From NCBI RefSeq assembly GCF_018350175.1, contig NC_058368.1:101744001-101808000 (forward strand): a stretch of DNA of 64,000 bases, written 5' to 3'. Shown here piece after piece: positions 50,623 through 61,249 of the stretch. How positions within the stretch are numbered: the stretch's first letter is position 1; each line of letters starts with the position of its first letter. The stretch is from Felis catus (taxonomy: Eukaryota). A program made the position numbers and the translations under genes. Under the pieces are notes generated by a model. That model was not told where the DNA came from, searched no databases, and saw only the letters and a list, made by a program, of their open reading frames with translations.

Positions 50623-50808
50623 CTGTCGTCCCTTGAACAACATGGGTTGCAAATACACAGATGAATTCATATATGTGTTAATCAACTATGTTAATATTGG
50701 TAGCATGTCCAGTCAGCAATTGGCTGTGAGTAGTTAAGGTCTGGGGGAGTCAAAAGCATGGGGTGGGGATCAGTGCCTTTAACCTCTGCCTTGTTGAAGA
50801 GTCAATAG
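50623..50808. mobile_element. Tigger2a/MER28-like internally deleted DNA transposon nested in L1
   Basis: Inverted termini CTGTCGTCCCTTGAACAAC ... TTGTTGAAGAGTCAATAG; internal AGTAGTTAAGGTCTGGGGGAGTCAAAAG; preceded by TA. Confidence 0.8.
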
Positions 50809-51184
50809 CAGATAACCAAAAAAAGGCAAGATAAAGGAATCGATGAACACCACTGCAGAGAAAGTCATGAAATCACAAAGGAAGAGAACATGAGGAAAAG
50901 AAACAGAGAAATACCAGAATTGTCAGAAAACCATCAACAAAATGGCGGTCAGTATATATCTATCCTATGTAAGTGTTAAAATACTAATCCTTCCAATCAA
51001 AAGACAGAGAGTGATTTGATATAAAGAACAAGACCCACCTCCATTCTGACTACATGAGACTCCCTTCGGGTGTAAGGACACACACAGACTCAAGGAGAAC
51101 GGATAGAACAAGACATTCCATGCAAATGGAAAGTAAAAGGAACATGGAGTAGCTCTATTTTTCAGACAAAAAACCAAAATATTT

Positions 51185-51300
51185 ATCCAGTTCTCTCAAT
51201 AACTCTATGAGGCAATACTATACCCATTTTACACATAAGGAAACAAAAGCACAAATTTAAGCAACCAGTGAATCAGTGACATTCAAAACTTCATATGTTT
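51185..51300 (-). mobile_element. MIR-like core lying within L1 ORF2
   Basis: CAATAACTCTATGAGGCAATACTATACCCATTTTACACATAAGGAAACAAAAGCACA. Confidence 0.65.
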
Positions 51301-53226
51301 CTATAGCTATATGTAAACAAAAATGAAGAAATGAGAAAATATTTTTAAAGTGAGAAAAAAGGACAATGTAATAGAAGACAAAGGACATTCATAATGATAA
51401 AGGGGTCAGTCCAACAAGAGAAAATATTTATAGACCCAACATAGAAGCAGCTAAATATGTAAAGCAAATATTAACCAAGAAGACAGAGATAGACAATAAA
51501 ATGTGTGACTTAAATACCCCTCCCTAACCGATGGATAGATCATCCAGATAGAAAATCAATAGTGTTTGCCTTAATTGACAACATATACAGAACTTTTCAT
51601 CTGAAAGCAATAAAAAACACATTCTTCTCAAATGCACATATAGCAATCTCCAAGATAGATCTTAGACCACAAAACAAGTCTTAATAAACTTAAAAAAGGT
51701 TGAGAACATATCTTGATCTTCCACCATGATATGAAACTAAAAACCAATGATAAGAAAAAAACCTGGGAAATTCACAAATATGGAGATATTAAACATCATG
51801 CTACTAAACAATGAATGAAGATATCAAACAAGAAATTAAAAGATATCATACACAAATGAAAACAACATATCAAAACATAAGGCATGCAGAAAAGCAGTTC
51901 CAAGAGGGAAGTTCATGGCAAGAAATGCCTACATCAAGAAACAAAAATCTCAACCTAAATGTATACCTCAAGGAACTAGAAAAATAACAAATGAAGTTCA
52001 AAGTTAGTAGAAATAAATAGAGACTAAAAAGAAAATAGAAAAGATCGATGAAACTAAGAGCTGGTTCTTTGAAAAGAAATCTTTAGCTAGACTCATTAAG
52101 AAAAAGAAGTCACACATAAATAAAATGAAAACTGAAAAATGACACATTACAACTAATACCAAAGAAATATAAAAGACTCCAAGGGGCTGCTAGGAAAAAT
52201 ATACACCCCAAATTGGACAACCTAGAAGAAACGAATTTCTAGACCCATCCAACCTACCACCACCGAGTCATGAAAAAAAAAAAAAAAACCCTAAGCACAC
52301 CAATTAATAGAAATTAAATTTATTCAGTAATCAAAAACATCCCAACACACCAAACTACAGGGCTGGGGTATCTTCACTGGTGAATCCTAACAAAGATTCA
52401 AAGATTATTGATACAAATCCTCCTCAAACTCTTCTAAAAAACAGAATGGGGGAACTGATTTTCTGAACCGATTTTACAAAACCAGTTTTATCCTGGTACT
52501 AAACCAGACAAGGACATCAAAAGCCAAGAACACACAGGCTAATATCCCTCATGAACAAAGATACAGAAATACTGAATAAAATGAACAGTGCTTTGCAAAG
52601 ATCATGCACTGTGATCAAATGGGATTTATTCCAGTGATGCAAGGATGGTTCAACATCCATAAATCAACCCAAATGATACAGAAGAAGAAATGTACCTCAA
52701 AGTAATAGAGGCCATATGTGATGAATCCACAGCTAACATTACACTTAATGGCAAAAGCTGAAATCTTGTTTTCCAAGATCAGGAATAAGACGAGGATGGT
52801 TTCTTGCCACTTTTATTCAACACAGTAATTGGGATCCTAGCCAGAACAATTAGGCAACAAATGAAAGACATCCAAATTGGAAAGGAGTACAACTGTCACT
52901 ATATATCTGCACTGTTAGAACTAACAAAGTTGGTCAAGCTACAAGATACAAAAAGAGAAATGAATAAGCCAATCCCATTTACAATTTCATCAACAAGAAT
53001 GAAATACCTAAGAATAAATTTAACCAAGGGGGTGAAAGATTTGTACTCCTGAAAACTGTAAGAACTTGATAAAGAAACCAATACATGGAAAGATATGTAG
53101 TACTCCTGGATTGTAACAAAAATTATTAAAATGTCCATCCCCCACACAGCAATCTACAGATTCACTACAATTACTGTCAAAATTCTAATGTATAACTGAA
53201 AACTATAGAAAGCTTATGAGAAAAAA

Positions 53227-54393
53227 TTGAAGACAAAAAAATGGAAAAATATTCCAGGTTCCTGGATAGGAAGAACAAATATTGTTAACATGTCAATACT
53301 ACCCAAAGCAATCTACATATGCAATGCAATTCCTATTAAAATAACACCAGCATTCTTCACAGAGCTAGAACAAACAATCCTAAAATTTGTATGGAACCAG
53401 AAAAGACCCTCAAAAGCCAAAGCAATCTTGAAAAAGAAAACCAAAGCAGGAGGCATCACAATCCCAGACTTCAAGCTATACTACAAAGCTGTAATCATCA
53501 AGACAATATGGTGCTGGCACAAGAACAGACACTCAGATAAGTGGAACAGAATAGAGAACCCAGAAATGGACCCACCAACATATGGCCAACTAATATTTGA
53601 CAAAGCAGGAATGAATATCCAATGGAATAAAGATAGTCTCTTTAGCAGGTGGTGCTGGGAAAACTGGACAGCAACATTCAGAAGAATGAACCTGGACCAC
53701 TTTCTTATACCATACACAAAAATAAACTCAAAAGGGATGAAAGACCTCAATGTAAGACAGGAAGCCATCAAAATCCTTGAGGAGAAAGCAGGCAAAAACC
53801 TCTTTGATCTTGGTCGCAGCAACTTCTTAACACGTCTCTGGAGGCAGGGGAAACAAAAGCAAACATGAACTATTGGGACCTCATCAAAATAAAAAGCTTC
53901 TGCACAGTGAAAGAAACAATCAGAAAAACTAAAAGGCAACCAACAGAATGGGAGAAGATATCTGCAAATGACGTTAGTATCCACAATCTATAAAGAATTT
54001 ATCAAACTCAATGCTCAAAAAATGAATAATCCAGTGAAGAAATGAGCAAAAGACATGAATAGACACTTCTCCAAAGAAGACATCCAGATGGCCAACCGGC
54101 ACATGAAAAAATGCTCACCATCACTCATCATCAGGGAAATACAAATCAAAATCACAATGAGATACCACCTCACACCTGTCAGAATGGCTAACATTACAAC
54201 TCAGGCAACAACAGATGTTGGTGAGAATGCAGAGAAAGCATCTCTTTTGCACTGCTGGTGGGAATGCAAGCTGGTGCAACCACTCTGGAAAACAGTATGG
54301 AGGTTTCTCAAAAAAGTAAAAATAGAACTACCCTATGGCCCAGCACTTGCACTACTAGGTATTTATCCAAGGGACACAGGGATGGTGTTTTGA
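53227..54393 (+). pseudogene. L1 ORF2p C-terminal remnant (frameshifted)
   Basis: ORFs 53227-53868 ([39 protein letters not shown]) and 54055-54393 ([20 protein letters not shown]). Confidence 0.95.
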
Positions 54394-54494
54394 AGGGGCA
54401 CATGCACCCCCATGTTGATAGCAGCACTATCAACAATAGCCAAAGTATGGAAAGAGCCCAAATGTCCATCGATGGATGAGTGGATAAAGAAGAT

Positions 54495-54504
54495 GTGTAT
54501 GTAT

Positions 54505-54579
<75 letters not shown>

Positions 54580-54607
54580 CATACGTATATATACATACAC
54601 ACACACA
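54495..54607. repeat. (TA)n(CA)n compound microsatellite in L1
   Basis: Pure TA run followed by CA runs. Confidence 0.95.
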
Positions 54608-55915
54608 GAATGGAGTATTACATTCAAAAAGAATGAAATCTTGCCATGTGCAATTACGTGGATGGAACTAGAGGAGATTATGCTAAGTGAAATTAGTCAG
54701 GAAAGACAAATATCATATGACTTCACTCATATGAGGACTTAAAAACACAGAACAGATGAACATAAGGGAAGGGAAGCAAAAATAATATAAAAACAGGGAG
54801 GGGGACAAAACAGAAGAGACTCTTAAATATGGAAAACAAACAGAGGGTTGCTGGAGGGGTTGTGGGAGGGGGGATGGGCTAAATGGGGAAGGGGCACTAA
54901 GGAGTCTACTCCTGAAATCACTGTTGCACTACATGCTAAATTAATTGGGATGTAAATTGAAAACATAAAATTAAAAAAATATTTCCATAAAAAATTCTAA
55001 CGTATATTTCACAGAAACAGGGAAAACCCTTCTCCACTTTGTATGGAAGTAACAAAGACCCCCAATACCAAAGCAGTGTGGAGAAAACAAACCTTGAGGC
55101 ATCACAGTCCCTGATTTTAATCTTTATTACAAAGCTGTATTAATCAAAACAGTATAGTATTGGCATAAAAGCAGACACATAGATCAATGTAAAGAGATCC
55201 CAGAAGTAAACCCATACTTATCTGGTTAATTAGGATCAAGAAGTAAAAAATACACAATGGGGAAGGGACCATCTCTTCAAGAAGGGGTATTGGGCAAACT
55301 CATTTAAGACCACTCTCTCAAATCATATACAAAATTAACTCAAAGTGAGTGAAAGACCTGAATTTAAGACCTAAAGTCATAAAACTCTTAGAAGAAAACA
55401 TAGGCAGTAAACTGTTTGACAATGGTCTTGGTGATGATTTTTTGCATTTGACACCAAAAGCAAAGGCAACACAAAAACACACAAAGGATATGAATGGACA
55501 TACTGTGAAGATACAGATGGCCAAAAGATCTAAGAAAAGACGCTCAGCATCACTAATTACCAGGAAAATGCAAATCAAAACCACAATGAGGTATCACCTC
55601 ATACCTGTTAGAATGACTATTACCAAAAAGAAATAACAAGTGTTGGCAAGACGTGAAGAAAAGTGAGCAACGTGCACTGTTGGTTGGAGCGTAAATTGTT
55701 GTAGCCTCCAGGAGAACAGTATGGCAGTTCCTCGAAAACTTAAAATTAGAGCCACCATTGTCCAGTAATTCCACTTTTGTGTATGTATCCACAGAAAATG
55801 AAAATACTAATTTGAAAAGATAGAGGCACCCTTATGTTTCCTGCAGCATCATTTACACTAGCCAAGATACGGAAACAGACTAAGTATCCACGATGGATGT
55901 ATGCATAAAGAAAAT

Positions 55916-55917
<2 letters not shown>

Positions 55918-55958
<41 letters not shown>
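55918..55958. repeat. (CA)n microsatellite
   Basis: Pure AC run of about 20 units. Confidence 0.95.
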
Positions 55959-55960
<2 letters not shown>

Positions 55961-57299
55961 AGTAGTATTCAGCCATGAAAACAGAGAAATCTTCCTATTT
56001 GTGATAACATAGATGGACCATTGATGGTATTACGCTAAGTGATAGAAGTCAGAGGAAGACAGACACCGTATGATCTCACTGACGTGGGAAATCTAAAAAT
56101 CCCAACAAATACCAAGCTCACAGATACAGAGATCAGGGTGGATAGTGGATGGGCAAAATAGGTACAGGGTCGAAGGTTCAAACTCCCAGTTGTAAAATAA
56201 ATGAAGTCATGGGGATGTAATGTACAACACGGTGACTATAGTTAATAACACTGTATTGTATATCTGAAAGTTGCTAAGAGGGTAGATCTTAAATGTTCCT
56301 GTCACATGGGGAAAAAATGTGTAACTACAAATGGTGATGCGTGTTAACCAGATTTCTTGTGGGGATCATTTCTCAATATACTCAAATATTGAATCGTGTT
56401 GTACAGGACAAAAACTCTGACTTATTAATGAAGTTATAGCTTGCCTTGAATGAAGCATACCAGGTTTGTTCTTGACTCTCCCATTATTTTGTTATGTAAA
56501 CTTTCATCAACCACTTAACTTGTGCCTGGGAATAAGTGCTTTTTGCAATCCTAAACAGAGAACACTATTTTCCCATTGGAAAAGGAGTTCAGCAAAATAT
56601 TTAAATCTTTGAACTACACGGGACAGATTTTTAAAATGTTAGTTTTATATAGTTAAGATTATAGATAGATCTTGATCAAAATCCAAAGGTCTCTTACATT
56701 AAATAGATCCCTACATTATTGTTTCTTAATAGCCTGAAACAGTTGTATTATACACTTTTCATTTTGAGGAACCAAATGGAAGATATTTTGCATGTGGACT
56801 AGGAACCATTTAAGGAAATATGGAAACCACTAATCTAATGTAATGCTTTCTATTACTTTGGAAACATTTATTTCATCCCTTGGTTACTGGCAGTTCCATT
56901 ATGGTTTAGAGACAACAGTGGAAGATTTTATGGTTTATGCTTCATTGGAAGAAAAAATAGTCTTCAGATATCTGACCTCAGATGATTGTGAATCCACTGA
57001 AAATGCACTACATATTTTTAGCGATGATACGTCTTTTAACCACAAGAAAGTGTACAAGACCATTGATCCTGGGCGTTTTCTTTTAGGATCTATGGTATCT
57101 CTTTGTGATTTTTAATATATACTGTATATGGTTATATTGTATATTATATCTCTTATTAACTCTAGTGCCATCACTAATGTTTTAATATATAACCGTATGT
57201 GCCTCAAGGGAGCAGTTTGTGTGTTTTACTGGGAAAGAGCACACAAAAAAATCCTCCCTCCTGTTCCCTTCCATTATAAATTAATATCCACTACCAGGG

Positions 57300-57850
57300 G
57301 ACCTCTTATGATATAAAATTGTCATCCTGTGAGTGGTATGGATGAAATTACCAGGGAGGGAGGGAGGCTGAACAGCGGCCAGAGTATGAATAAGACGGCA
57401 CCTAGTCTGCTCCACGTGGGATCCCTGGCATCTTCTAGTAATTTATGATAAATAATTTACATCGCTAATGTCAAGGTTTAATAATCTGCATTATATTTTC
57501 AGTCACCGTCTTCTCGTCACGTGAGCGCCTTTTCTGTACTGCAAAGGACTGTCCCATGGAGTCATTTTCCCAGCCCCAGAGTATTCCGCAAATGCTGCAA
57601 GAGAAGGTGTTAGCCTGCAAGGGCACCTGGAAGATCAGTGCTTTTAAGTGACATCGGTGCCCGCACTGCTTTTCAGTTCGGCAGCAAAGGAGTTACAGGA
57701 GAAGCAGGCTGATCCCTAATGACAGTCCTGTGTATTGTAGTGTGATGGTTGCCTGGCAACTCTACCTATAGAAACGCAATATTGAACTTGTATCTGGATT
57801 AATCCCCTCTTGTCAAGTTCTGTAGGTCTTTAATATATTAAGCTCCAAAA
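57300..57850. promoter_or_regulatory. Putative enhancer/CNE with RFX X-box-like palindrome
   Basis: Unique sequence; TAATTTATGATAAATAATTTAC, TAATGACAG, and GTTGCCTGGCAAC at 57748-57760. Confidence 0.4.
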
Positions 57851-58999
57851 ACACTTAAGAGCAAAAAAGGTTTGCTCGTTTGATGATGCTCTGCAAGTGC
57901 AGAAGGCTGCTGGCGGTCCACAAATAAGGGGTAGGCGGTGGTCTGAACAGGTCTGGAAAGTATGTGACTCTCTTCTTCAATGAGTTGGAGCCTCACCTGA
58001 CTTACATCCCTTACTTGTACCTCTTCCAAGGACAGATCTCTGCACGACAAGAACACTTAGTGACGGTCATTAACGGGTTAGCTTCCGCACTGGATATGGG
58101 CTGGGGTAAAATGTGAGGAAGACCAGACCCCCGATCTTTTCATCGGGGCTGCAGAGCGGGTCAGCTAGCATCCGTGGAGGGGGATAGTCTCACCTGTCAG
58201 CTCAGGGCACACAGCCAGCTTTCCACTGACGTCTGTCCTCTTTGAGAGATAACAGCCCATGGTGGACTATGCCCAAAGCCCAGGCCACTGCTTGGGGCTC
58301 CCATCTAAGCTGCCCTCGCTCACCCATTCTCAGGAGGGTGCCACAGAGGAGCTTCCCACCATGGCTTTGTGGTCCCTTGAGCTTCATCTCTCTCTGTTTC
58401 ATGCCTCAGCTTTACTTTCAGAGTCTTTCCAGCTTTGGACTTCAGTACAACTCACCTTCACCCCATCCTTGATCCTCCCCTCTATTTAAATCAGGTCCAC
58501 ACAGAAAAGCTGTGAGGTAAGATTGGCTAAAAGCCTGGTTTACTAATGAGAAAACTTTCCTTAGGAATAGGGAAGTATCTCAAAATTCTAGAAATGGACA
58601 GGGTCACGAGGCGAAATATATTAACTTGTGTTTTTCATGCACAGGTTAAGAACCTATACTGCTAATGATATGAAGGACACTTATCATTCATTTCAGCTGG
58701 TCCAGAGGGTGATCTCTGGTCATTAATCTTCTACAGAGACATTATTTTAGTTGGCCGAGGCAGTCGAAAAGTAGTCCCCGCTTTGATCTTTGTTATAATC
58801 AGATGAACGAAAAGCCTTTTTAGCGGCCACTGAAACACTCGTGACTTCCACCAGTTGATTTTATCCTAAATCAGTACATCTGGCCACAAGGAACAAAGGG
58901 GTGAGGGAACAGAGCTGAGGTAAAATTATCCATCTCCCCTACCTCTGTCACTTGCTGAGACAGCACAACATTCTCTGACACAGCTCATCAAGAAAGGGC

Positions 59000-59570
59000 A
59001 CATTCATTAGATGTGTTCCTGAACCCACTGGCATTCAGTAGGGGAAGGTGTAGGAGCGTATAATGGAATAAAGGCACCTGACAGGAATGAGACCTTATAC
59101 GATTGTCAGAGAAGCTAGGGAAGTAAGGATGAAGGAGAGAGAAAGGAAGGACCAGAGAACGTCACCAGGGCCTTTCCAGAAGCACTGGGGCAGGTGGACA
59201 AGTCAGAGCTTGCAGGGGAATTTGAGAAGCAGGCATGTCCAGCTTCCCAGTAGGGAGAGGAAGCACCATAAGGGGAAGGTGAGGAAGAGCCGAAGGAAAG
59301 CTACCATCTGTGGTGCCAACTGCTTGTGGGGTATTCAGCCAAACGTGTGGTGGGGAGCCTGGGGCTGCTATGGGTCAGCAGTACTGCCACTCATGAAGAA
59401 GGGCTGGACACAAAGCTGAGGACAATGAGGACAAGCTAGTTCCATTCACCACAGGCAGCAGCAGAGAGTAATGGCTGCCGCTTCATTTGTGTCTCTCCAA
59501 CTCCTAACAATTCTTAGCCAGGGATCATGCAGGGAAAAGGATTCAGAGACAGAGAGATGTGAAGTTGCTT
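59000..59570 (-). mobile_element. Possible old ERVL-class LTR
   Basis: GAGGACAAGCTAG..AGTAATGGCTGCCGCTTCA..CATGCAGGGAAAAGGATTC resemble reverse ERVL LTRs; subfamily uncertain. Confidence 0.4.
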
Positions 59571-60544
59571 GCTTTTAAGACAGCGGCCATCCAAGAGGAA
59601 GAGGATGACAAAGTTCTGGAAGATTAAACATTAATAGCAAGAGAAAATAAAAATGAGGTTTTTACAAATGCCACGTTTATAGGATGTAAACCCTCAATGG
59701 AACAGCTCTGGGAGTGAAGGGTTCTGGGAGGGGAGGGGGAAATGAGAAAGGCTGGCGGAGTGGGAGGGACACAATACGATGAACACTGCCTTCATGGTCA
59801 GTCAGTCTTGGAAATCAAGGGAGCATAGGTGACTTCAGGAGTTCAAGTAACCAAACCATTTAATTCTGCAGAAGGAAAGAAACAAAAAACAAAACCAAAC
59901 CTTAAGGACTAAAATCAGAGTAACTCAGGAAAGAATAGTAGCTCACAGATTACACAATGAGAAAATGAAGGACACAGGAATAGAATACCTATTGGAATCT
60001 TCACAGAAATTTGTAACAACAACTATGCCTGAAAGTGGCCATTTCTTGTGGTAGGAATAATCTTTTTCCAAAAGGTGTCTTTAAATGATTCATGTGTCAG
60101 GTTCTGGGTTAACACACAGAATTAAACTGTAATTCTGAATCAGCATACAGTTTTTTTGGACTGGAACATAATTCGCATCATAATCCTTATTTCAAAAAAT
60201 CCTGTAATTTCAATTGCCAATTCTGGAAAATAAATAAGCTCCAGAAATGACCAAGGAGAATAAAATAGGTCAAGGGTTACAAGGAAATCCAAGGCCATGA
60301 TGTGGGTCATGCTTTGAGAGTAACTGTTCCTTTCTTTCAATTGTATTTCCTTTAGAACCCTCATAACTCTTGTCTTGAATTTCTCCCCTCATTTCAATTT
60401 TCTGTTCCTTGTGTAAAGCTTGGATCATTTCCACAATAGATCATTCCATTGACTAGTATTCTCTATCAGCAGACAGGACAAATGCTCTACTTTTCTTTAG
60501 CATAGCTCAATTTGGTTTGTAGTTTAAATCCACATGCAGCCTAG

Positions 60545-60916
60545 TGTTATGGGCTGAACTGTGTGCCCCATCCGATTTGCATGTTTAAGTCCTGGCCCCC
60601 AGTCCCTCAGCATATGACTGACAGTATTGGAGACAGGGACTTTAAAAAGGCAATTACATTATAATGAGGTCATTAGAGTCTACTCTAATCCAGTATGATT
60701 ATAAGAAGAGATTAGGTGTCTTATAAGGTGTCCTTATAAGAAGAGATTAGGACACAGACACGTACATGACAGCCCTCTATAAGCTAAGAAGAGAGGTCTC
60801 CGAGGAAACCAATCTTTTGGACACCTTGATCTTGGATTTCTATCCTTCAGAAATAGGAGAAAATATACGTTGGTGGTTTAAACCACCTGTTAGGGCAGCC
60901 CTAGAAAAGTAATACA
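60545..60916 (+). mobile_element. MaLR solo LTR (MLT1A/B-like)
   Basis: TGTTATGGGCTGAACTGTGT ... ACACCTTGATCTTGGATTTC ... GCAGCCCTAGAAAAGTAATACA (TG..CA termini). Confidence 0.88.
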
Positions 60917-61104
60917 ACTATTTTCAAACTGGAAGCAATGATTATACTAAAATTCCTTAGAATCCCTCCATTCTATCATTTGACGTAAAACAAATGGATG
61001 CAAGGCTAAAGGTTCTATCACATTTGTCCTCAAAATAAAAACACCACCACAGAGAGGATATGGTGATAGCTGAACTCCATTCGGGAGCTGAGATCACTAT
61101 CAGA

Positions 61105-61235
61105 ATCAGGGTGGTTTAATAAAGCTTAGAGCCAAAGTTGTGTGTTTTAAAACTCCTCCCTCGGCCACTTAATTCTATTTGTGCCATAAACGATTGCAAC
61201 TAGTTTCTTCGCTTACCAAATATGAGTAAGAATCA
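61105..61235 (+). mobile_element. MIR fragment
   Basis: TAGAGCCAAAG..CTCGGCCACTTA..AGTTTCTTCGCTTACCAAATATGAGTAAGAAT. Confidence 0.45.
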
Positions 61236-61249
61236 TCTGATAGGGTGCC

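Larger units (their letters stand above)
53195..54990 (+). mobile_element. Younger feline L1 (5'-truncated, ~1.8 kb) nested in the older L1
   Basis: Well-preserved ORF2 C-terminus, G-rich 3'UTR, A-rich tail; 16-bp TSD AAAATTCTAA(T/C)GTATA at 53179-53194 and 54991-55006. Confidence 0.95.
48305..56410 (+). mobile_element. Near-full-length old LINE-1 (L1MA9-like 3' end) with nested insertions
   Basis: 5' CAACATGG..AGATCCTGAACTCACCTCCTCCC; ORF1 remnant (LQARNEWQDILQVL); EN/RT remnants; 3'UTR GTCATGGGGATGTAATGTAC..GTGACTATAGTTAATAA..GAAAGTTGCTAAGAG. Confidence 0.92.

Noticed and set aside
53227..53868. Longest ORF (213 aa) as a host gene
   Set aside because: It is L1 ORF2p C-terminal sequence in a 5'-truncated, frameshifted element
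54856..54895. G-quadruplex motif as a novel feature
   Set aside because: It is the ordinary G-rich tract of the L1 3'UTR
56843..57115. 90-aa ATG-initiated ORF in unique AT-rich sequence
   Set aside because: No recognisable homology or convincing splice/promoter context
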